A stretch of DNA of 64,000 nt from an uncultured cyanobacterium (GTDB lineage Bacteria; Cyanobacteriota; Cyanobacteriia; PCC-6307; Cyanobiaceae), in the NCBI GenBank assembly GCA_963697335.1, contig CAVONQ010000014.1, positions 32,001 through 96,000 on the forward strand, written 5' to 3'. Below the pieces are notes generated by a model. It did not search any database. It saw nothing but the letters and a program-made list of their open reading frames with translations, and was not told where the DNA came from. Shown here one piece after another: positions 22,456-30,130 of this stretch. Position numbers and translations under genes: made by a program. Within the stretch, counting starts at the first letter, position 1; every line of letters starts with the position of its first letter.

Positions 22456-22749
22456 TCAGCCGTGATGGAGCAAGGCGCCCAAGCCGATTTGCTGAAGAAT
22501 TCCCTGACCGGATATCATCTCGACTACCAAGCCGATCACAAAACCGAGCATGGCCAAACGTCCATTGAGAATCTCCGCGCGGCGGTGAAATCCCCAGCCG
22601 CTGTCATTATTCTGGTCGGCCAGGTACATTCGCGGTTCAATCACACGTGGATCGAGCAACTGGTTGTCTTCGGAATCCCACATTCCGCCTTCTGATTCAG
22701 CATGGCTGGCGATAGACGGCGGCTTTTGGCTCTTGCTTGAAGCTGACAT
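22456..22749 (-). CDS. hli: High light-inducible protein with N-terminal extension
   Basis: WGFHRRAEILNGRLAMLGF...SGQGI. Confidence 0.9.
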   Translation of the reverse strand: MSASSKSQKPPSIASHAESEGGMWDSEDNQLLDPRVIEPRMYLADQNNDSGWGFHRRAEILNGRLAMLGFVIGLVVEMISGQGILQQIGLGALLHHG

Positions 22750-23110
22750 GGCGATAAGTCCCTTGGAGAATTCTGAGATTGGCTCGAAGAAGTAGCGCTT
22801 GACAGGAATAGTCAGACCATGAAGCACTGGCCCAAGGAGCTTCGTGAATTTTTGATGCGCTTCGACACGGACCTGATCGATCACGATCAGGTTTCCTCTT
22901 CATGAGTTCAGCCTAGGTCGAAAAGATGGCTCCGCATCACCTGAGCTTTCACCATGCCAGTCAATGACGGATTCCCCTTCCTGCTCTGATCAGCCAGGCA
23001 AGGCCAATCGGTGCATCCAGGCGGGAACCCGCACCAGCTGGCGAGATCCAGGGTCAGTTTCTGAAACCGTGCGAAGAGATCGTTCGGCCCCTCACGGCAA
23101 GCCAGCCTGC

Positions 23111-23503
23111 TCAGCCCAGCGCAGGGGTGCAGAGCTCGACGAGGATGCCCTCCGGTGCGCGCCCATAGGACACCAGCTGCCCCGAGGCTTTCCGTAGGGG
23201 AGCTGACAACTCGGTGGCGCCTTGATCGAGGACTGAGCGATAGGCAGTGGGCACATCGGCTGTCACCAGGGCGATCTCCATGCCCAGGGGCTTGTGGGAG
23301 TCGCTGGCTCGCACGTGGCCTTGAGGTACGTTGCTCTCGCCCAGGCCGTGGGCTGCGAAGGCCAGCGTGGTGTCCCCGGTCGCCAGCTCGCCGTAGTCAC
23401 CGGATTCGTGCCGAAACTTCTGCTGGAGCTGGAAGGCCTGCGTGAAAATTACCATGGAGGCCTCCACGCTTGGCACATCAATAATCACGTATCCGAGTTT
23501 CAT
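23111..23503 (-). CDS. VOC/glyoxalase family protein
   Basis: HESGDYGELATGDTTLAF...EIALVT.DV...GQLVSY..PEGILVELCTP. Confidence 0.82.
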   Translation of the reverse strand: MKLGYVIIDVPSVEASMVIFTQAFQLQQKFRHESGDYGELATGDTTLAFAAHGLGESNVPQGHVRASDSHKPLGMEIALVTADVPTAYRSVLDQGATELSAPLRKASGQLVSYGRAPEGILVELCTPALG

Positions 23504-23566
23504 CGATGACAGAGGGGTTGGGTGCTTGATTGGCGAGGTGAAGGGCCTTCATGGCCGCTGCCCCCG

Positions 23567-23800
23567 ATGACGCCTCCGCCCAGCCCCCAGCGCTCGACCA
23601 GGCCCACGCCCCACGCACGCGACGACGGGGATGCCGATGACAGGCTTGTGGATCGGGGCATGCCCCTCGGCATGCGGTTGCTGGCCCTGGTGGGGGCGTT
23701 GTCGTTCGTGATGCTGGGCGTGAACAGCCTGCTTCCCGTGTTCCAGGTGCCACCATCCCCCCCTCCGATGCCGGATCGGCGCGACGGCGGATCAGCGTGA
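23567..23800 (+). CDS. Small membrane hypothetical protein
   Basis: RLLALVGALSFVMLGV TM segment, Pro-rich tail. Confidence 0.55.
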   Translation: MTPPPSPQRSTRPTPHARDDGDADDRLVDRGMPLGMRLLALVGALSFVMLGVNSLLPVFQVPPSPPPMPDRRDGGSA

Positions 23801-23849
23801 TGGCAACGCCAGCTGAGCTGACGCCCCGTCGCCCTTTGATTGCATCGGC

Positions 23850-24539
23850 ATGAACGACCCCGCCGTCTGGGATCAGCTGCTGCAGCGCTATGTGGACGGT
23901 GACGGCAGGGTGGATTACGCGGGCTGGCAGAGCAGGGATCGCCACACCCTCCACGCCTGGCTGGCCGCTCAGACGGCCCATACGGAAGGCCGCCAGGAGC
24001 AGCTGGCCCACTGGATCAACCTCTACAACGCCTTCACGATCCAGGCCGTGCTGGAGGCCTACCCGATCGCCTCGATTCGCCCCAGCCTGCTGGGGCTGCC
24101 GAACTGGATCGGTTTTCTGCGCTTCTTTCAGCGGCCGGTGCATCGGCTTCAGGACGGTTGCTTCAGCCTGGCCCAGATCGAAAATCAGCTGCTGCGTCAG
24201 CTGGGGGATCCACGCATTCACTTCGCGATCGTGTGTGCCTCGCTGGGTTGTCCGTTGCTCCGCCAGGGCGCCTACCGCGCCGACGGGGTGGAGCAGCAGC
24301 TCGAGGGCGACCTCAGCCGTTTCATCACCAACCCCACCAAGGTGCGCTTCGAGCGGGAGCGCAACATCCTCTGGTGCAGCCGGATCTTCCAGTGGTACCG
24401 GGCTGACTTTCTGGCGGTGAGTGCCTCTCTGCCCAGCTACATCCTGCCGCAGTTGTGTGACGGGCTTGTCCCGGGCCCAGAGCCCCGGGTGCGGTTCCTG
24501 CCCTACGACTGGAGCCTCAATCAGCGGATGTCTTCATAG
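23850..24539 (+). CDS. DUF547 domain protein
   Basis: G.VDY, WINLYNA, DPRIHFAIVCASLGCP, SRIFQWY..DF, YDWSLN. Confidence 0.92.
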   Translation: MNDPAVWDQLLQRYVDGDGRVDYAGWQSRDRHTLHAWLAAQTAHTEGRQEQLAHWINLYNAFTIQAVLEAYPIASIRPSLLGLPNWIGFLRFFQRPVHRLQDGCFSLAQIENQLLRQLGDPRIHFAIVCASLGCPLLRQGAYRADGVEQQLEGDLSRFITNPTKVRFERERNILWCSRIFQWYRADFLAVSASLPSYILPQLCDGLVPGPEPRVRFLPYDWSLNQRMSS

Positions 24540-25252
24540 AAGCGCCGCAGGTGACGCGGTGGCAGGCCCAGGCCCCAGAGGATGCCGATGCCGAGATAGG
24601 TGGCCATGGCCTTGCCGGCCCCCCAGGCCCGCACGCGGCGATCGGAGCTCACCACCACCCGGTGGATCAGCCTGATCCTGCCCTGTTTCAGCAGCCTCAG
24701 GCAGAGGTCGCCATCCTCCAGCAGGGGCAGGGCTTCATCAAAGCCACCGCCACTCCAGAAGGTGTGGCGCCGGGTGATCATCACCTGATCGCCAAACAGC
24801 AGCCTCAGCCCCTTCAGGAACTGCAGAGGCCGAAACAGCAGTGGCGCCAGATAGGTTTTGAGCAGGTTCAGCCCCGACACCCCCCAGCAGGTGCGCTGGC
24901 CGGAGCGCATCAGGGACACAAAGCCGGCACAGGCCACCGAGGGATCGGCCAGGGCGCGTTCCGCCACCGCCACAAGATCCGTCGGGATCAGGGTGTCGGC
25001 ATGCAGGAAACAGAGCAGCGCTCCACTGGCCTGGCGGGCACCCTCATTCATCTGCACCGCCCGGCCGGTGGCCGGCGACTGGAGCACCCGCACCCCCGCC
25101 GCCGCGGCAATGGTGGTGGTGTGATCGTGGCTGCCGCCATCCACCACCAGCACCTCCCAGGCCGGTGGGTCGAGGGCCTGCACCCGCTCCAGGGTGCCGG
25201 CCAGGCAGGCGGCCTCATTGAGGGTGGGGATGATGATCGAGAGGCGCTGCAT
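24521..25252 (-). CDS. GT2 glycosyltransferase (TIGR04283-like)
   Basis: SIIIPTLNE, VDGGSHD, GRAVQMN.GA, FLHADT, FGDQ, SSDRR. Confidence 0.88.
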   Translation of the reverse strand: MQRLSIIIPTLNEAACLAGTLERVQALDPPAWEVLVVDGGSHDHTTTIAAAAGVRVLQSPATGRAVQMNEGARQASGALLCFLHADTLIPTDLVAVAERALADPSVACAGFVSLMRSGQRTCWGVSGLNLLKTYLAPLLFRPLQFLKGLRLLFGDQVMITRRHTFWSGGGFDEALPLLEDGDLCLRLLKQGRIRLIHRVVVSSDRRVRAWGAGKAMATYLGIGILWGLGLPPRHLRRFYEDIR

Positions 25253-25263
25253 GGGGAGTGCGC

Positions 25264-26487
25264 TCAGGGCCGGCCCACCAGGCCAAAACACGGGCCCAGG
25301 GGGCCCAGGCGCCGGATCAGGCCCTCGTAGAGGCCCACGCTGATCAGCAGGGAGCCGCCGCAGATCAGGGCGAATTTGGCGCCGATGGTGAGCGGCAGCG
25401 GCACCACCCACCAGCCCAGGCCCACCAGCACCGGCTGGTGCAGCAGGTAGAGCGGCATGGCGGCCTTGCTGCCGTAGCGCAGCAGCGGATGGGGCGCCTT
25501 GAGGAAGCGGCGCGCCAGGGCCACCAGGGCCAGCACGGCGCACCAGCTGTTCCAGCCGCGAAAGGCCTGGAACAGCTGGGCGGCACGGGACCCATCGCCC
25601 GCGGCGGGCGTGGCGCCGCAGACCGTGAGGGCCAGGAACACCGCCATGCTCAGCGCCGCCAGGGCCAGGAGGAGCCGGCGATGCCGATCCAGCACCTCCC
25701 AGAGGCCGCTGTGGTGGCAGAAGAGGTAGCCGTAGACGAAATAGAGCAGATACAGCAGCAGATTGGCCCAGTCGTCGTAGAGGTTCTGAAAGCCCGGCCA
25801 GCGGGGCCGCAGCAGGGCCTCCGAGAGCATCAGGGGCAGGGCCAGCAGCAGCACCGAACCCAGACTCACCCGCCAGCCTGGATCCCCTTCAGCTGGGCTG
25901 GGGCTGGCCTGTGTACTCAGCCAGCCCAGCAGCGGCAGGCAGAGCAGGGTGATCACCAGCAGGTAGGCCAGAAACCACAGATGGGCCCACTCGAAGTGAC
26001 CCGCCGGCCGAATCCCATCGAAGAAGTGGGGGTAGAAGCGCAGGTAGCCCAGGGCTGAATCCACGCTCTGCAGTTCGTGCACATACACCTGGGGCGGCAC
26101 CAGCACCAAAATGCCCACGCCCAGGGGCAGCAGCAGCCGTTGCAGGCGTTCCCGCAGGTACGCCCCCGCACCCCGGGCCTGCAGGGAGTACCAGCTCGCC
26201 GAGCCCGCCAGAAAGAAGAAGAAAGGCATATGCCACTGGTGCACCAGCACCAGAAAGCCCCCCAAGGCCCTGCTGCTCTCGGGATTGGTCACATAGAACG
26301 CGCCCAGATCGCCCGCGTAGAAGATCGCCGCGGCGTGGAAGGGAATCAGCAGCAGCACCGCCAGCACGCGGGCGCCGTCGAGGGCATGGCAGCGGAGATG
26401 GCCCACACCAGGCGTCGCTGCCGGGCCATCGACAGGGAGAAGGGCCAGGGGGCGGCGGCCATGGCGGCGGAGGCGCATCGATGTCAT
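25264..26487 (-). CDS. Acyltransferase_3 family (OpgC-like) membrane acyltransferase
   Basis: LDGARVLA...FH, MPFFFFLAG, RLQRLLLP, HLWFL, YLLHQP. Confidence 0.88.
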   Translation of the reverse strand: MTSMRLRRHGRRPLALLPVDGPAATPGVGHLRCHALDGARVLAVLLLIPFHAAAIFYAGDLGAFYVTNPESSRALGGFLVLVHQWHMPFFFFLAGSASWYSLQARGAGAYLRERLQRLLLPLGVGILVLVPPQVYVHELQSVDSALGYLRFYPHFFDGIRPAGHFEWAHLWFLAYLLVITLLCLPLLGWLSTQASPSPAEGDPGWRVSLGSVLLLALPLMLSEALLRPRWPGFQNLYDDWANLLLYLLYFVYGYLFCHHSGLWEVLDRHRRLLLALAALSMAVFLALTVCGATPAAGDGSRAAQLFQAFRGWNSWCAVLALVALARRFLKAPHPLLRYGSKAAMPLYLLHQPVLVGLGWWVVPLPLTIGAKFALICGGSLLISVGLYEGLIRRLGPLGPCFGLVGRP

Positions 26488-26526
26488 CGCTTTACGCGCT
26501 TAGGCACATGATGCGTCTTGATTGGA

Positions 26527-27000
26527 TCAGGGGATCGCGACGCAGGCGAACTCGCTCCAGCGGCGTTCCACCAGCTCAAAGCAGGCCGGAGGCGCCGCGG
26601 GCAGCTTCCTGAGCAGGGCGATCAGCTCAGGCCCATGGCCACTCAGCAGCAGCACCAGTTCCCGCGCCGGGTCGTAGCTGTCCAGGGCTCCCAGACTCGG
26701 ACGGATCGCCGCGGGCCCCAGCCCCTGTCGGCGCAGCTGGGCAGCCACCTGGCCGCGCTCGACGTACTGGCAGCTGAAGGGCACTCCCTGCAGGCGCCAG
26801 TCGTGCTGAGGGCCGATTGGCGCAGCCAGGTGACAGATCAGCAGCCCTCGCCCGCCGGCCCGGAAGCCCCGCCAGGCGGCGTGGCCGATCAGCAGGCTGT
26901 TCTGCTCCAGAAAGCGCGGCTCCCAGGCCCCATGGCATCCCGACCCCTGGCCATGCCCGGGCATGGGCCCCCGCCAGGGCAGCGACTCAGGCCACGGCAT
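26527..27000 (-). CDS. Hypothetical protein overlapping the desaturase stop
   Basis: IGHAAWRGF...GRGLL...YDPARELVLL...ERRWSEF; start uncertain. Confidence 0.6.
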   Translation of the reverse strand: MPWPESLPWRGPMPGHGQGSGCHGAWEPRFLEQNSLLIGHAAWRGFRAGGRGLLICHLAAPIGPQHDWRLQGVPFSCQYVERGQVAAQLRRQGLGPAAIRPSLGALDSYDPARELVLLLSGHGPELIALLRKLPAAPPACFELVERRWSEFACVAIP

Positions 27001-28012
27001 CGGCCTGCCCCGGTCGCGGCACCAGGCGCTCTTCCACCTGATCCCAGAGCATGAACCGCGCACAACCGAGCATGTCGCCCAGGCGCAGGGTGGGCACATC
27101 GGCCAGCAGATGGGCATTGGCCTTGTGGGCCGCCCGCAGGTTGTAGTTGGGAATGCGCTCCGAGAGGTGATGGATGTTGTGGTAGCCGATGTCGGCCGTG
27201 AACCAGCGCAGCAAGGCCGGCAGTTGCAGATAGCTGGTGCCATCCAGGGCTCCCTGCAGATGGCTCCAGCCCTCGGTGTTGTGGGCATAGGAGCCCTCGA
27301 AGATGTGCTGCACGAAGAAGATCCAGATAAAAATCGCCGCCGAGCAGGCCAGGGTCACCCCGTAGAGCCCCAGCACCAGGCCGAAACCCCAGCGCTGCCC
27401 CGCCAGGATCAACAGGCCGATCACCGCCACGTTGTTCAGCAGCAGATCCCAGAACTCAGCCGAGCGCGGCATGGCCTGGGCCCGGATCGCTCGGGAGAGC
27501 GCCTTCAGCAGCTCCAGCCTGGGCTGGATGGCGAGATAGTAAAAACCGCCCGGAATCCCCATCAGCGGATGGCGCAGCAGCCCATAGGTGGCCTGCTGCC
27601 TGGCACTGAGCTGGGCGTAGTCCGCTGTGGTGATCAGGTCAGTGACGCCGCGATAGCGCTCCCAGTCGCCATTGGTGCGGTGGTGGAAGGCGTGGTCGTT
27701 GGACCAGGCCAGCTGGGGGATGGCATTCACCAGCCCCAGGGTGAAGCCACCCACCCGGTTGAGCCAGCGGCTGCGGAACAGGGAATGGTGACCGCAGTCA
27801 TGCATCAGGGAGAAGCAGCGCAGCGAGAACAGCACCAGGGGAATCACCAGCAGGGGCAAGGCCCAGACCGCCCGCTGGGCGGCCTCAATGGCCAGGGCCC
27901 AGCAGGCCAGATAGGGGCCCACGGCGCTGAGGATCTGGAAGGCGCCGCGCCAATTGCTGCTGCGGGCGTAGGGGGCCAGGACGAAGTCGGCTGGCCGAAG
28001 ATTGGTGATCAT
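26987..28012 (-). CDS. Membrane fatty acid desaturase
   Basis: Three His boxes HDCGH, HAFHH, HNIHH; IPNYNL. Confidence 0.92.
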   Translation of the reverse strand: MITNLRPADFVLAPYARSSNWRGAFQILSAVGPYLACWALAIEAAQRAVWALPLLVIPLVLFSLRCFSLMHDCGHHSLFRSRWLNRVGGFTLGLVNAIPQLAWSNDHAFHHRTNGDWERYRGVTDLITTADYAQLSARQQATYGLLRHPLMGIPGGFYYLAIQPRLELLKALSRAIRAQAMPRSAEFWDLLLNNVAVIGLLILAGQRWGFGLVLGLYGVTLACSAAIFIWIFFVQHIFEGSYAHNTEGWSHLQGALDGTSYLQLPALLRWFTADIGYHNIHHLSERIPNYNLRAAHKANAHLLADVPTLRLGDMLGCARFMLWDQVEERLVPRPGQADAVA

Positions 28013-28189
28013 GCAGGGGGGCGAAGGGACAAGGCCGAGGCGGGGCCCATGGGAGCCATGGCCGGGCCATGGGGCTCTCGATCGGGCGGAGTGAACGTCT
28101 GCGGCGCGTCTCAGCGCCCCTCCAGGCCCTGGCAGGCCGACAGGGGATGGGATCCGGTGCTGGAAGGAAAGGCTGTGCTCATCGTGAAA

Positions 28190-28376
28190 CCCGGTCCGCG
28201 CCGGGAGAGAGGGGGCTGATCACAACGGCGAGCGTTCTGACTGAGGGGTGCTCCCCTGAGCGAACCCCATCACAGCTGCGGGACAGCGCCGGAGTCGCAG
28301 AGGGTCCAAGAACCCTCTCCCCACCGGACTTTCCTCCTTGCGTCCAGGGTGTGAACCACTGGAACCGTCACCCCAT
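28190..28376 (-). ncRNA. Cobalamin riboswitch upstream of the desaturase, with a 24-nt insertion
   Basis: GGTTCC...GAGGAAAGTCCGGTG[insert]CGACTCCGGCGCTGTCCCGCAGCTGTGA...GTCAGAACGC; downstream hairpin CCCGG-CGCGGA-CCGGG whose loop is complementary to CCCGC. Confidence 0.82.
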
Positions 28377-28413
28377 TCTGGTCAGGATGGACTGGAACTG
28401 ACGCATCAGGCGT

Positions 28414-29022
28414 TCAGCGGGCTCCCAGGGCGATCGGGCCGAGCGTCAGGGCTGCGCCAGCCAGGGCGAGCAGCAGGGCCACGGCGGCGGTCCAGCGGCT
28501 GGGCAGCCGCCGCAGCACCAGGTAGCTGCTGCCGCTCACCAGCAGCGAGGCGCAGAAGGCCCCCGCCCACCACAGGGCTGAGGCGGCACCGGCCGGAGCC
28601 TCCTGCCCATGGAGCATGGCGTGCACCGCCACGGCGGTGGCAATCAGGGCGCCGCACAGCCCCAGGGCCGGAGCCCGCGGCGACTGGTGGCTGCGCAGCA
28701 CCAGCAGGGCCACCGCTGGGATGGCCAGGGCCGCCAGCAGCTCGGCACCGGGCAGGCCGCCGCCCATGGCGCCGAACACGCCTCCGGCCAGGGCACCCAC
28801 CAGCCCCCAGAGCAGCAGTTCGGCCGAGAGGTAGGAGGCCGCGGCGCCAACGGCGATCAGCAGCAGCAGATGATCGGTGCCGGCCAGGGGGTGCAGGAAG
28901 CCTCCCGCCAGGCCGCCTGAGGCCACGCTGTGGGCCTGGGCGGGCTGGCCCAGGAGCAGGGTCGTGGCAGTGGCGAGGGCCACCAGAAGGCCGAGGGAGC
29001 GGCTGGAGCGGAGGTGTTGCAT
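28414..29022 (-). CDS. hupE: HupE/UreJ family Co/Ni transporter
   Basis: Signal peptide AQAH, GFLHPLAGTDHLL, HAMLHGQE; preceded by B12 riboswitch. Confidence 0.9.
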   Translation of the reverse strand: MQHLRSSRSLGLLVALATATTLLLGQPAQAHSVASGGLAGGFLHPLAGTDHLLLLIAVGAAASYLSAELLLWGLVGALAGGVFGAMGGGLPGAELLAALAIPAVALLVLRSHQSPRAPALGLCGALIATAVAVHAMLHGQEAPAGAASALWWAGAFCASLLVSGSSYLVLRRLPSRWTAAVALLLALAGAALTLGPIALGAR

Positions 29023-29029
29023 GGATTCT

Positions 29030-29183
29030 CCCGGTTTCCGCGCCGGGCAGGAAAGAACTCAAAGCGGCGAGCGTTCTGGCTCAGGAGCAGGTCTCTCCTT
29101 CACAGCTGCGGGACAGCGCCGGAGTTGCACCGGACTTTCCTCGTTGCCTTCCGGGCCTGAGCCACGGAAACCACTCCTCCCCC
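29030..29183 (-). ncRNA. Cobalamin riboswitch upstream of hupE
   Basis: GAGGAAAGTCCGGTGCAACTCCGGCGCTGTCCCGCAGCTGTGA...GCCAGAACGC plus hairpin CCCGG-CGCGGAAA-CCGGG next to the start codon. Confidence 0.9.
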
Positions 29184-29223
29184 ATTGTGCTCCTGCCACG
29201 GGGATTCGGCCGCAGCCCACTGC

Positions 29224-29787
29224 TCAGGGATTCAGCCCTTCCTCGCGCCAGCCGTGCTCAAGGCGCCAGCGGCGGCGCCGGTGGGGGTGGCCCCCCAGCT
29301 CCAGCAGCTCCACCTGCTCCAGCTGGATCTGCAGCAGCTGAAAGTGGGGTGGCAGCGGTGTGTCGTCGTCGAGGGTGGCGGGGAAGGCGGCTCCGGGCTC
29401 CAGGGGCGCCCCCGGTTCGGGCCAGCCCCAGAGGGCCCGGCCGCCGGGGCTGAGGGCCTGCCAGTGCCTCAGCCGTGCTGCCCCATCGGCCGCCGCATCG
29501 GGGGCGAGCACGCGCCCCCGCAGACGGAACTGGCTGCGGGCCCTCACCAGCAGCCAGCAGAGCTCCACGGCCGGCTGCCGGTGCAGTTCAGCGGCCTTGG
29601 CGCTGCGGCCATCAGTGAGCAGCTCCAGCACGCTGCCCTCCGCCCAGCCGCGGAACACCAGGGTGCGCACCCGGGGGGTGCCATCGGTGGCCACGCTGGC
29701 CAGCTGCAGCCAGCGGGCCGCCGGGGAGCGTCCTTCGCGCTGACGTGCTGCCCGCAGCAGGGGGCGCCAGGGGGCGAGTTCGATCAC
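29224..29787 (-). CDS. Pyridoxamine 5'-phosphate oxidase-related FMN-binding protein
   Basis: QLASV..DGTPRVRTLVFRG, TDGRSAK, QFRLRG, LNP end. Confidence 0.88.
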   Translation of the reverse strand: MIELAPWRPLLRAARQREGRSPAARWLQLASVATDGTPRVRTLVFRGWAEGSVLELLTDGRSAKAAELHRQPAVELCWLLVRARSQFRLRGRVLAPDAAADGAARLRHWQALSPGGRALWGWPEPGAPLEPGAAFPATLDDDTPLPPHFQLLQIQLEQVELLELGGHPHRRRRWRLEHGWREEGLNP

Positions 29788-29815
29788 ACCATCCCAGCGT
29801 CACGCCGCCCCACCC

Positions 29816-30073
29816 TCACGCCGGTTGGGCCTGGCGGCGCTGGAAGGCGAGGGCCCCACCGCCCACGGCCGCCAGCCCGAGACCTCCCGCCACGGCCAGA
29901 AACACCAGCGTCTGCAGGGCCAGCAGAAAGAGCCCCAGGGCCGAGGCGGCCTTGATCTGGATGCGGGCCTTGATCAGCAGCGTGAGCAGCAGCAGCACCG
30001 TGGCCTGCAGGCCGGCGGCCTTGGCGGCGAGGGCCGCGGTGGTGAGGAGACCGAAGGGACAGGGAAGCAGCAT
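29816..30073 (-). CDS. Small membrane hypothetical protein
   Basis: 85 aa, very hydrophobic, collinear with phoX. Confidence 0.55.
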   Translation of the reverse strand: MLLPCPFGLLTTAALAAKAAGLQATVLLLLTLLIKARIQIKAASALGLFLLALQTLVFLAVAGGLGLAAVGGGALAFQRRQAQPA

Positions 30074-30130
30074 GGGCTCAAGGCGGTGGGCCCATGCTGG
30101 CGTGTGGAGCGGGCGGGCCGCTGCCCCCCC

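Noticed and set aside
23850..25252. Arsenosugar biosynthesis cluster
   Set aside because: DUF547 and the TIGR04283-like GT are present but convergent, with no arsM or radical SAM gene in the window.
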